55,699 nucleotides of DNA, from assembly GCA_048213135.1 (NCBI GenBank), contig PS015069.1, forward strand, positions 91,198-146,896, written 5' to 3'. A program made the translations under genes and the position numbers. This DNA is from Reclinomonas americana ATCC 50394 (Eukaryota). How positions within the stretch are numbered: the stretch's first letter is position 1; each line of letters starts with the position of its first letter. The notes under the pieces were generated by a model. That model saw only the letters and a program-made list of their open reading frames with translations, was not told where the DNA came from and ran no database searches. Shown one piece after another: positions 11,874 through 23,455 of this stretch.

Positions 11874-12681
11874 GGTGGGCGGAGCGCTGCCGGACGATTT
11901 CCCCTCTCCTTCTCTACGAATGAACAGAGACCGCGGAGGAAGGTGTGTGTTTATTTGGAGCTTTGTAAATGGTGTAATTAGTGTCAATGTTGGAGGGAGG
12001 GTGGGTAAGGGGAGGGTGGGGAGGAAGGCAGTAGGAGAGGAGGCCGGACTCAACTCTCTCACCGGCTGTCGTTGACATTGGGAGCAACATCAGCAGCAAA
12101 GTGCACGCATACGATGGGAGAAGCGCTGAGCGCACGCCTATGCAACGTGTGTCGTCGACAACTCGGCCACCGCGGTACCGTATCTTGCGCAGATCGCAGT
12201 TCTTGAGAGCAAACACACACATGCACCAAATGAAATTCTGCTGATGCGATCAAGACAACATCGGGAACCCCACTTGAAAGATTTTACAGTTGCAGAAGCA
12301 AAGCGCATGAGGTTTGCTGGCGGTCGCTGGTGGTGCCCACCGATATGCGATCGATTGCAGTCGCGATCGTCGAGCCATTTTGCTTGCAAAAGTGCCAGCA
12401 TGCTGTCCACATTTCGACTGCGAAGTCTCAGATTTTAGTGCTCACTCACGGCGATGACCGCCGACGTCGGGTCCAGAATTCTAGAATATCACGCGACGTT
12501 CGAATATTCTGAAGTTGCTCGGTTTCGCGCACAACTTTCCACTCCCTCTCGCCCAAGCACGCACCCCTCCAAATCATCCCCCACACACTTCACCACCAAC
12601 TGCATTCAGCAGCACCCAGAATGCACGGAAGAGTGCATGTCCCGGACAAACCACCAACTAAACAACTCTCTTTCAGAGTGC

Positions 12682-14346
12682 ATGAGCGATCGCGTAGTGG
12701 CGGTGCTCTCTCGCACAGAGCTCGCCGAGAGCGAGCACTCCATTGCCTCTGTACTTGAGGCACTGGACTCGCTCAAGCACACACACCCGCGTCAACGCTC
12801 AACTCCTTCTCAATCAACCACGGACACACCAGCTTCTTCTTCTCCTCCCACAAGTCGCCCACAGAGTGCTACTGCACTCAAACAGAAAGACTATTTGGTG
12901 TGTTTGGAGGCGCATCGGAGGAAGTCGCGTGCGGCGGCGGAGAAGCGCGCGGCGGAGGAGGCGCGCAAGCAGAGATTAGCTCCACGCGCAAATGTGAAAC
13001 GCGAGCTGGTGAGTGGAAAGGGAGAGAGAGGGGGCATGCACAGAGAGGGACTTGTGTGCAGTCACTCACTCAGCGATCATTCAGCAATCTGCATGTCCGC
13101 GATCTCGTTTTCTTCTTTTCTCTCCTCTCCTTCCTTTTCTCCTGCCCTCCCTCTGCCCTCCTTGCTCTCTCAGTCCATCCTCCCTCCCTCCCTCTCTTGT
13201 TTCCCATCAGCGATCATTCAGACACTCTGCATGTCCACAATCCCTTCTCCAGCAGTGACTCTCGTTCTTCCTGCACCTCCCCTTCCTCTTCTCTCTCTCT
13301 CTCTCTGCCTTCCCTTCCTTGATCCTTCCTTCCTTCCCTTGCTTCCCCCTCAGCGATCACTCAGACACTCTGCATGCCCGCAATCCCTTGTTCACTCTCC
13401 TTTCCTCCCCGTGCCATCTCTGTCCCTTCTTTCTCCCTGCCCTCCCCTCTATCCTCCCCCCTTCAGCGATCACTCAGTCACTCTGCATGTCCGCAATCCG
13501 TTCTTCACTCATCGTCTGTCTCGCCTTCCCTTTCTTCTTAGCCTTCTTCCTTTGCTCCTTTCCATATCAGCAAACCGTTGCTGCTCTCCTCCTTCACTCA
13601 TCTTCCTTCCTCCTCCTACCCTCCCTTCGCCTTCGCCCTTCCCTCACTCGCTTTCTCTTTGCGATCAACAGCGCGCGGGTCCACAGCGCGCGGGTCCAGA
13701 CCTCTCGGCCAGCACCGCCCGCAACGTGCGTTTCCGACGCTCCCGATTCAGTTTCCGCTCGTCCGAGTCGCCCTTGTCGCGTCCCGGCACCGCTCTCTCG
13801 TCGTCCTCGCCCACCGGTGCCGGCGGGGCGGTGGCGACAACACCGACTCTGGCGCTCACGAAGCGCGGGCAGATGGCGTCGCCAGTGGCGGCACCGCGCA
13901 TTCAGTCGGCGCACATGCGACGAATGTCGCCGAGCTCGGTGGCACTGATGGCGGCGCGACACAAGATCGATGCGACGCAGCGACGATTGGCGCACAAGAT
14001 GGTGTCGGAGCCGGTGGATCCCACGGCCACGGCGCGTACGTTGCAGGGGAGCATGACGGCGGGCACGAATGACTTGGAGAGGCCACTAGCCATTATTGAG
14101 GAGGTGGCGGCGATGCGATTCGAGAGGGTCATTGATGTGACGCAGGTGGTGGCCGGCGTGCCGGATAACCCACTGCAGCGGTGGCGGTCGCCGCCCAAGC
14201 CCGTCTACTCGGTACTCAAGCGACGACCACTGCCACCTCCTTTACCTTTGGCAGCAGCAGCAGCAACAGCAGCAGTGCCAGCATCTCCATCGACACCAGT
14301 GGCGGCATCACGAGTGCCTCCATTACGACTCATCGAGGAGATATAA
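12682..14346 (+). CDS. Hypothetical Ser/Pro/Arg-rich protein, 2 exons (intron 13009-13671); copy A
   Basis: Both exons are conserved in frame in the second copy while the intervening pyrimidine-rich part diverges. GTGAGT donor and CAG acceptor. Confidence 0.7.
   Translation: MSDRVVAVLSRTELAESEHSIASVLEALDSLKHTHPRQRSTPSQSTTDTPASSSPPTSRPQSATALKQKDYLVCLEAHRRKSRAAAEKRAAEEARKQRLAPRANVKRELVSGKGERGGMHREGLVCSHSLSDHSAICMSAISFSSFLSSPSFSPALPLPSLLSQSILPPSLSCFPSAIIQTLCMSTIPSPAVTLVLPAPPLPLLSLSLCLPFLDPSFLPLLPPQRSLRHSACPQSLVHSPFLPVPSLSLLSPCPPLYPPPFSDHSVTLHVRNPFFTHRLSRLPFLLSLLPLLLSISANRCCSPPSLIFLPPPTLPSPSPFPHSLSLCDQQRAGPQRAGPDLSASTARNVRFRRSRFSFRSSESPLSRPGTALSSSSPTGAGGAVATTPTLALTKRGQMASPVAAPRIQSAHMRRMSPSSVALMAARHKIDATQRRLAHKMVSEPVDPTATARTLQGSMTAGTNDLERPLAIIEEVAAMRFERVIDVTQVVAGVPDNPLQRWRSPPKPVYSVLKRRPLPPPLPLAAAAATAAVPASPSTPVAASRVPPLRLIEEI
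13071..13500 (+). repeat. Intronic array of four ~36-nt repeats separated by pyrimidine-rich spacers
   Basis: cagcgatcaYtcagacactctgcatgtccgcaatcc-like units at 13071, 13208, 13351 and 13464. Confidence 0.85.
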
Positions 14347-14364
14347 TACAATTTTTGTTTACTA

Positions 14365-17300
14365 CTACTGCTCCAGCTTTTCGGGGAGGAGTTGCAGGGT
14401 GACGAGGTGCTTGTTGCCGACTTGGCGTGCGCTGATTGGTCGGCCGCTGATGAGGCGGCTGTGTGGATCACGCCGCAGCGCCTCGTTGCGTGAGATCCAG
14501 TCCAAGTGGAACTGCGTGCGTGAATGTAAGAAGAGTGAGCAGCTGCGAGAAATACAGGTGTGAGCCATACGCACCCTATTGTACACGGGCTTGGGGGCCT
14601 GCGAGGCGGTGGTGGCCACCAAGATAAAGTTGGTCGGATCGCTGGAGTAGGCGCGGAATGAGAGCATCGGCAGCGAGAGGAGGTGCTCCACCGAGTCGTT
14701 GCAAGTGTCGAGATCCACAATCACACTCTCGTCATCCTTGCTGCCGTCGTCGAGCATGGCGAGCAGCGTGAATGGCACCGGCGATAGTGTGCCGTTGGAT
14801 GCGCGCGTCGGCGAGCCCACGGGACTGCGCAGAAACAGGGGCGAGGCGGCTGGGTGCGACTCGCGCGTCGGCAGGGGTGTGGGCGACAGCGAGAGTTCGG
14901 AGCGGTACAGCGTGAGCAGATCCGACACCGTGTGCGACGACGGCGATTCGAACACGGCGGCAGGCGAATGGCGAACCGTGTCGACAGCGGGCGGAGTCAG
15001 TGGTCGTGCATGTGCTGCTGCTACAGGAGATGAGATGAGAAGGAAGCGTGGGAGGGGAAGGGATGAAGGAGGGGGAAGAAACCAACCGTGGCCATTGATG
15101 ATTGATGGCAGCGGCACGGAGCCGAGGGAGGGCGAGTGACGAATGTGCTCGGCCAGCTCCTGCAGCGATGAGGGGAAATCGAGGCGTGGCGAGCGCACCC
15201 CAAGATGCGCTGCCCCGGTCAGCACCGTGGCTGCTGAGGACCGCCGCCGTGATGATGTGGCGGCAGCGACAGCGCCTGCGTGTGGCTCCTCAAGCTCGTC
15301 ATCATCATCGTGGTCAAATTGCTCCTCCTCCATGGCAAACTCGTCGGTCACCATAATGGCACTGTCGGCGTCGTGCTGCCGGAACGGCACAGTGTCGTCA
15401 CGCACCACCAGTTTCGCTGCACGGCAGCCGTGAGTTGACAATCACAGAATGGGTTGCTGATCTTGCACGCAACAATATCGCCTCTCCTCGGGACTGACAC
15501 AATCCAGTGCAATTAGAACCACATGCTCTTCGTCCTCGCCCTCGTCCAGCGGTTCGTCCGCTGGTGGCTCTGCACATGGAAAAACGTCTATGTGAGGATC
15601 ACACAATCGATGAATTGCTTCCACCTTGCAATAACAGCGCTCACCGACTTCCTCCTCATCCTCCTCATCCATCTCCATGTCATCACCATCATCATCATCA
15701 TAACCACCGACGCCATTGCTCGGCAACACACCCTCCACCACCTCCTCCTGCTGCTCCTGCCATATCTCATCGCCGTCCTCCAGCGGAGGCGGTGGTGGCG
15801 ACTCACCACGCGACGATGGCGGCAGAGCCTCGGCAAACGCCACATTGCGACCGACCTTGTGCATCGCGCCCCCCTGCTGCAGCTGACTGGCTCTCCTTTG
15901 CGCCTGCCACTCGAGCAACGAATCCGCCAGCGCTTGTGAAGACGGCGATGATGATGATGAAGCTGGCGACGGGCCTCGACCATGCGCCACCACGGCAGGC
16001 GACGACGCTCTCCGCGCACTGTACCGCGACGCCGCCGCCGGCGACATGCGGATCGGTGCCCCGGCTGCCGTCGGAGGCATTGACTCTTGCTGCTGGTGCT
16101 GGTGCTGCTGGTGCTGCTGCTGCGACTGAAACTGAACGCTGACTTTGCGCGTTGCCACTGCCCGCGCAGGTGGTGGCGATGGTGGCGTAGGCGGGTGCAC
16201 CACCAGCACGTTGCAGTCGCCGAGTCGACCGCCGGCGGAGACCACCGGTAGTCGGTTGTCGATGCACCATTCGCCGTCCACCAGGAACTGGAGGACAGGG
16301 GAGGAGAGGGAAGAAGGGGGAGGGGGTGGGAGAGGGGGAGGGAGAGGGGAAGGGGAGAGAGAGAGAGCAAAGTCAGTGACGCTTGGCTTCTGACCAGGAT
16401 CTCGGAAAGTGTTCGCCAACGAGAAGAAGGCACTATCGCCCTCCGCTCACAGTCTTCTGAAAAAGGGTATAACTCGGCGTGTGTCACATCTCAACGAAGA
16501 GCGACGGAACGCGGTACACAATTCGTTATTTGTGCAAAGGAAGCAGTGCTGATGCTCAAGTACGAAAGTTTCTTCGTCGCTGCTCTCAGTGGCGAAGGGC
16601 CCGACACTAATGCCGACGCTTCACTCTGCCCACAGACTTCTGAAACGCTACGCTGCTTCCACTGCAGGCTTGAGTTCTGCAGCAACAAGAAAGAAGGCAC
16701 AGAAGCTGATGCTTCTATCTGTCCCTGCTTGATAACAAGCCTCTGAGACACAGTTCCTCTCCACGGTGAGCAATGGCACTCGGAACAACTCAGTGTTCGC
16801 CCACAACGCCAGAGAGAAGAAGGCATTGTGCCACAGACTTCTGAGACACTGCTGAAGGCTTCGAGCCGATGCTCTTCTGTAGCAACGAGAACAAGGCACC
16901 ATCGCTGCAGCTATCCTCTGTATGAGCTGACTGCAAGCTTCTGCGACACTGTTCAGGAAGGCTGGAGAGAGGAAGCAGATACTGATCCACAGTGAGACAC
17001 CGCACAGCTTCCACTGCGGGAACAAAAGGTCTCGAGTCGGTGCTAGGCACTAACACTGATGCTTCTCTCCACTGCTAACTGCAAGCTCCTGATACTGTGC
17101 CTCTTCCCTTCGTGACACTGATGCTTCTTTCTGCACACAGTCTTCTGCAACGCACTGCTTCCAGCGTGTACAGATGTCTTATGAGTCGGTGCTCTACTGT
17201 AGCAACGAGAAGAATGCACTGTCGCTGTGACACTGTGTCTCTCCTTGTCGTGCACGTCCTGACACAGATGCCTCTTCTTCTGAGACACTGCGCTGCTTCC

Positions 17301-17426
17301 ACTGCAGGCACTGACACTGATGCCTCTCTCTCCCCCTTCCCTCTCTCCCCTCTCCAGACCTTGATCAAGTACTCCCCAGGCGCCACCGACAAACGCGTAC
17401 TAAACACCTTGGCCTCCCTCTCCTTC
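14365..17426 (-). CDS. CBM48 (AMPK-beta-type glycogen-binding) domain protein, 5' partial; copy A
   Basis: FSTRLSVAPGEYLIK / FLVDGEWCIDNRLPVVSAGGRLGDCNVLVV joined across the 16288-17359 intron, followed by a long low-complexity region. Confidence 0.8.
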
Positions 17427-17881
17427 NNNNNNNNNNNNNNNNNNNNNNNNNNNNNNNNNNNNNNNNNNNNNNNNNNNNNNNNNNNNNNNNNNNNNNNNNN
17501 NNNNNNNNNNNNNNNNNNNNNNNNNNNNNNNNNNNNNNNNNNNNNNNNNNNNNNNNNNNNNNNNNNNNNNNNNNNNNNNNNNNNNNNNNNNNNNNNNNNN
17601 NNNNNNNNNNNNNNNNNNNNNNNNNNNNNNNNNNNNNNNNNNNNNNNNNNNNNNNNNNNNNNNNNNNNNNNNNNNNNNNNNNNNNNNNNNNNNNNNNNNN
17701 NNNNNNNNNNNNNNNNNNNNNNNNNNNNNNNNNNNNNNNNNNNNNNNNNNNNNNNNNNNNNNNNNNNNNNNNNNNNNNNNNNNNNNNNNNNNNNNNNNNN
17801 NNNNNNNNNNNNNNNNNNNNNNNNNNNNNNNNNNNNNNNNNNNNNNNNNNNNNNNNNNNNNNNNNNNNNNNNNNNNNNNNN

Positions 17882-20800
17882 GAAGGATAAGGAGGCCAAG
17901 GTGTTTAGTACGCGTTTGTCGGTGGCGCCTGGGGAGTACTTGATCAAGGTTTGGAGAGGGGAGAGAGGGAAGGAGGGAGAAGGGAGGGAGAGAGAGGCAT
18001 CAGTGTCAGTGCCTTCAGCCTCAGAAGACTGTGGACTGAAAGAACCATCAGTGTCAGAACGTGCACGACAAGGAGAGGATGCTTCAGCGATAGTGCCTTC
18101 TTCTCGTTGCTACAGTAGAGCACGGGCTCATAAGGCATCTGTACACACTGGAAGCAGTGCGTTGCAGAAGACTGTGGGCTGAAAGAAGCATCAGTGTCAC
18201 GAAGGGGAGAGGCACAGTGTCATGAGCTTGCAGTTAGCAGTGGAGAGAAGCATCAGTGTTGGTGACCAGCGCCGACTCGAGACCTTTTGTTCCTGCAGTG
18301 GAAGCTGTGCGGTGTCTCACTGTGGATCAGTATCTGCTTCCTCTCTCCAGCCTTCCTGAACAGTGTCGCAGAAGCTTGCAGTCAGCTCATACAGAGGATA
18401 GCAGCAGCGATGGTGCCTTGTTCTCGTTGCTACAGAAGAGCATCGGCTCGAAGCCTTCAGCAGTGTCTCAGAAGACTGTGGCACAATGCCTTCTTCTCTC
18501 TGGTGTTGTGGGAGAACATTGAGTTGTTCCGAGTGCCATTGCTCACGGTGGAGAGGAACTGTGTCTCAGAGGCTTGTTATCAAGCAGGGACAGATAGAAG
18601 CATCAGCTCTCTGTGCCTTCTTTCTCGTTGCTGCAGACCTGCAGTGGAAGCAGCGCAGCGTTTCAGAAGTCTGTGGGCAGAGTGAAGCGTCGGCATTAGT
18701 GTCGGGCCCTTCGCCACTGAGAGCAGCGACGCAGAGACTGTCGTACTGGAGCATCAGCACTGCTTCTTTGCACAAATAACGAATTGTGTACCGCGTTCCG
18801 TCGCTCTTCGTTGAGATGTGACACACGCCGAGTTATACCCTGTTTCAGAAGACTGTGAGCGGAGGGCGATAGTGCCTTCTTCTTTTTCCGAGATCCTGGT
18901 CAGAAGCAAAGCGTCACTGACTTTGCGCTCTCTCTCTCTCCCCTTCCCCTCTCCCTCCCCCTCTCCCACCCCCTCCCCCTTCTCCTCCCCCTGTCCTCCA
19001 GTTCCTGGTGGACGGCGAATGGTGCATCGACAACCGACTACCGGTGGTCTCCGCCGGCGGTCGACTCGGCGACTGCAACGTGCTGGTGGTGCACCCGCCG
19101 ACACCACCATCGCCACCACCTGCGCGGGCAGTGACTACGCGCAAGGTCAGCGTTCAGTTTCAGTCGCAACAGCAGCACCAGCAGCAAGAGTCAATGCCGC
19201 CGACGGCAGCCGGGGCGCCGATCCGCATGTCGCCGGCGGCGGCGTCGCGGTACAGCGCGCGGAGAGCGTCGTCACCGGCAGTGGTGGCGCATGGTCGAGG
19301 CCCGTCACCAGCTTCATCATCATCGTCACCGTCTTCACAAGCGCTGGCGGATTCGTTGCTCGAGTGGCAGGCGCAAAGAAGAGCCAGTCAGCTGCAGCAG
19401 GGGGGCGCGATGCACAAGGTCGGTCGCAATGTGGCGTTTGCCGAGGCTCTGCCACCATCGTCGCGTGGTGAATCGCCACCACCGCCTCCACTGGAGGACG
19501 GCGATGAAATATGGCAGGAGCAGCAGGAGGAGGTGGTGGAGGTTGTGTTGCCGAGCAATGGGGTTGGTAGTTATGATGATGATGATGGAGACATGGAGAT
19601 GGATGAGGAGGATGAGGAGGAAGTCGGTGAGTGTTGTTGCAAGGGGGAATCAATTCATCGATTGTTTGTAGCGCTCACCCACGTTCATCCATGTGCAGAG
19701 CCACCAGCGGACGAACCGCTGGACGAAGGCGAGGACGAAGAGCATGTGGTTCTGATTGCGCTGGATTGTGTCAGTCCCGAGGAGAGGCGATATTGTTGCG
19801 TGCGAGATCAACAACCCATTCTGTGATTGTTGACTCACAGCTGCCGTGCAGCAAAACTGGTGGTGCGCGATGACACTGTGCCGTTCCGGCAGCACGACGC
19901 CGACAGTGCCATTATGGTGACCGACGAGTTTGCGATGGAGGAGGAGCAATTTGACCACGATGATGATGACGAGCTTGAGGAGCCACACGCAGGCGCTGTC
20001 GCTGCCGCCACATCATCACGGCGGCGGTCCTCAGCGGCCACGGTGTTGACCGGGGCAGCGCATCTTGGGGTGCGCTCGCCACGACTCGATTTCCCCTCAT
20101 CGCTGCAGGAGCTGGCCGAGCACATTCGTCACTCGCCCTCCCTCGGCTCCGTGCCGCTGCCATCTATCATCAATGGCCACGGTTGGTCTATTCTTCCCCC
20201 TCCTCCATCCCAAGCCCTCCCACGCTTCCTTCTCATCTTCTGTAGCAGCAGCACATGCACGACCACTGACTCCGCCCGCTGTCGACACGGTTCGCCATTC
20301 ACCTGCCGCCGTGTTCGAATCGCCGTCGTCACACACAGTGTCGGATCTGCTCACACTGTACCGCTCCGAGCTCTCGCTGTCGCCCACACCCCTGCCGACG
20401 CGCGAGTCGCACCCAGCCGCCTCGCCCCTGTTCCTACGCAGTCCCGTGGGCTCGCCGACTCGCGCATCCAACGGCACACTCTCGCCGGTGCCATTCACGC
20501 TGCTTGCCATGCTCGACGACGGCAGCAAGGACGACGAGAGTGTGATTGTGGATCTCGACACATGCAACGACTCGGTGGAGCACCTCCTGTCGCTGCCGAT
20601 GCTCTCGTTCCGCGCCTACTCCAGCGATCCGACCAACTTTATCTTGGTGGCCACCACCGCCTCGCAGGCCCCGAAGCCCGTGTACAATAGGGTGCTTATG
20701 GCTCACACCTGTGTTTCTCGCAGCTGCTCACTCTTCTTACATTCACGCACGCAGTTCCACTTGGACTGGATCTCACGCAACGAGGCGCTGCGGCGTGATC

Positions 20801-20901
20801 CGCACAGCCGCCTCATCAGCGGTCGACCAATCAGCGCACGCCAAGTCGGCAACAAGCACCTCGTCACCCTGCAACTCTTCCCCGAAAAGCTGGAGCAGTA
20901 G
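17882..20901 (+). CDS. CBM48 domain protein, 5' partial; copy B
   Basis: Same exon structure as copy A; long intron at 17949-19001. Confidence 0.8.
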
Positions 20902-20919
20902 TAGTAAACAAAAATTGTA

Positions 20920-22643
20920 TTATATCTCCTCGATGAGTCGTAATGGAGGCACTCGTGATGCCGCCACTGGTGTCGATGGAGATGCTGGCACTGCCGCTGC
21001 TGCTGCTGCTGCTGCTGCCAAAGGTAAAGGAGGTGGTAGTGGTCGTCGCTTGAGCACCGAATAGACGGGCTTGGGCGGCGAGCGCCACCGCTGCAGTGGG
21101 TTATCCGGCACGCCGGCCACCACTTGCGTCACATCAATGACCCTCTCGAATCGCATCGCCGCCACCTCCTCGATAATGGCCAGCGGCCTCTCCAAGTCAT
21201 TCGTGCCCGCCGTCATGCTCCCCTGCAACGTACGCGCCGTGGCCGTGGGATCCACCGGCTCCGACACCATCTTGTGCGCCAATCGTCGCTGCGTCGCATC
21301 GATCTTGTGTCGCGCCGCCATCAGTGCCACCGAGCTCGGCGACGTTCGTCGCATGTGCGCCGACTGAATGCGCGGTGCCGCCACTGGCGACGCCATCTGC
21401 CCGCGCTTCGTGAGCGCCAGAGTCGGTGTTGTCGCCGCCGCCCCGCCGACACCGGTGGGCGAGGTCGCCGAGAGGGCGGTACCCGGTCGCGACAAGGGCG
21501 ACTCGGACGAGCGGAAACTGAATCGGGAGCGTCGGAAACGCACGTTGCGGGCGGTGCTGGCCGAGAGGTCTGGACCCGCGCGCTGTGGACCCGCGCGCTA
21601 TTGATCGCAAAGAGAAAGCGAGTGAGGGAAGGGCGAAAGGAAAGGGAGAAGGGAGAAGGGAGAAGGGAGAAGGGAGGGCAAGAGAAGGAAGATGAGAGAA
21701 GGAGGAGAGCAGCAACGGTTTGCTGATATGGAAAGGAGCAAAGGAAGAAGGCAAAGAAGAAGGCAAAGAAGAAAGGGAAGGCGAGACAGATGATGAGTGG
21801 AGAAGGGGGTAGAGAGAGGGCAAGCGAGTGAAGCAGGAATGGAGCAACGGATCGCTGCGACTGGAGGAGGAAAGGAGAAGAGGAAAGAGACAAACGATGA
21901 CTGGAAGAGAAGGAATTGCAGACACGCAGAGTGTCTGAATGATCGCTGATGGGGGAAGCAAGGGAAGGAAGGAAGGATCAAGGAAGGGAGGGCAGAGAGA
22001 GAGAGAGAAGAGGAAGGAGAGGTGCAAGAAGAACGAGAGACATTGTAGACGATGACTGGAGAAGTGATTGCGGACATGCAGAGTGTCTGAATGATCGCTG
22101 ATGGGAAACAAGAGAGGGAGGGAGGGAGGGAGAATGGACTGAGAGAGCAGGGAGGGCAGAGGGAGGGCAGGAGAAAAGGAAGGAGAGGTGAGAAAAGAAG
22201 AAAACGAGATCGCGGTCATGCAGATTGCTGACTGATCGCTGAGTGAGTGACTGCACACAAATCCCACTCTGTACATGCCCCCCTCTCTCTCCCTCTCTCC
22301 CTTTGGCACTCACCAACTCGCGTTTCACATTTGCGCGTGGAGCTAATCTCTGCTTGCGCGCCTCCTCCGCCGCGCGCTTCTCCGCCGCCGCACGCGACTT
22401 CCTCCGATGCGCCTCCAAACACACCAAATAGTCTTTCTGTTTGAGTGCAGTAGCACTCTGTGGGCGACTTGCTGGAGGAGAAGAAGAAGCTGCTGGTGCG
22501 TCCGTGGTTGACTGAGAAGGAGTTGAGCGTTGACGCGGGTGTGTGTGCTTGAGCGAGTCCAGTGCCTCAAGTACAGAGGCAATGGAGTGTTCGCTCTCGG
22601 CGAGCTCTGTGCGAGAGAGCACCGCCACTACGCGATCGCTCAT
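20920..22643 (-). CDS. Hypothetical Ser/Pro/Arg-rich protein; copy B
   Basis: Reverse-complement homolog of 12682-14346. Confidence 0.7.
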
Positions 22644-23455
22644 GCACTCTATCTGAGTCCTATCTGAAAGAGAGTTGGTGGTTTGTCCGGGACATGCACT
22701 CTTCCGTGCATTCTGGGTGCTGCTGAATGCAGCTGCTGGTGAAGTGTGTGGGGGATTAACTGGAGAGGTGCGTGCTTGGGCGCGAGGGAGTGGATAACTG
22801 TGCGCGAAACCGAGCAACTTCAGAATATTCGAACGTCGCGTGATATTCTGGACCCGACGTCGGTGATCATCGTGAGTGAGCACCAAAATCTGAGACTTCG
22901 CGGTCGAAATGTGGACAGCATACTGGCACTTTTGCAAGCAACAACGGCTCGCGATCGCGATCGTCGACTGCAATCGGGATCACTGGCGATATCGGTGGGC
23001 ACCACCAGCGACCGCCAGCAAACCTCATGCGCTTTGCTTCTGCAACTGAAAACTCTTTCAAGTGGGGTTCTCGAAGTTGTCTTGATCGCATCAGCAGGAT
23101 TTCATTTGGTGCATGTGTGTGCTTGCTCTCAAGAACTGCGATCTGACGCGTACGTTGACCGAGTTGTCGACGACACACGTTGTATAGGCGAAAGCTCAGC
23201 GATCTCCGCAGTCAAACACTGTGCACCACGCTGCTGCTGCAGCGATTCAACAACGACAGCCGGTGAGAGAGTTCAGTCCCGCCTCCTCCCCTGTTGCCTT
23301 CCTCCCCACCCTCCCCTCTATCCCTCCCCTCCAACGTTGACACTAATTACACCATTTACAAAGCTCCAAAATAAACAACATGCCTTCCTCCACGATCTCT
23401 GTTCATTCGTGGAGAAGGAGAGGGGAAATAAGTCTCCGGCAGCGCTCCGCCCAGC

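Noticed and set aside
13071-13500. CRISPR-like array of 36-nt repeats with spacers
   Set aside because: It lies in a spliceosomal intron; the spacers are 77-107 nt low-complexity pyrimidine runs; the repeats are degenerate; there are no cas genes.
12454-14346. 630-aa uninterrupted ORF
   Set aside because: It reads through a stop-free 663-nt pyrimidine-rich intron; the second copy is frameshifted in that part, and the upstream extension is not conserved.
17340-17960. Terminal inverted repeats of a transposon, or a hairpin telomere, around the central gap
   Set aside because: The inverted sequence is a CBM48 coding exon in two copies; no transposase or target-site duplication is visible.
17075-18182. 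Long ORFs crossing N runs (also 27914-29167, 29198-31003, 29665-31749, 48070-48865)
   Set aside because: They are artefacts of translating through assembly gaps.
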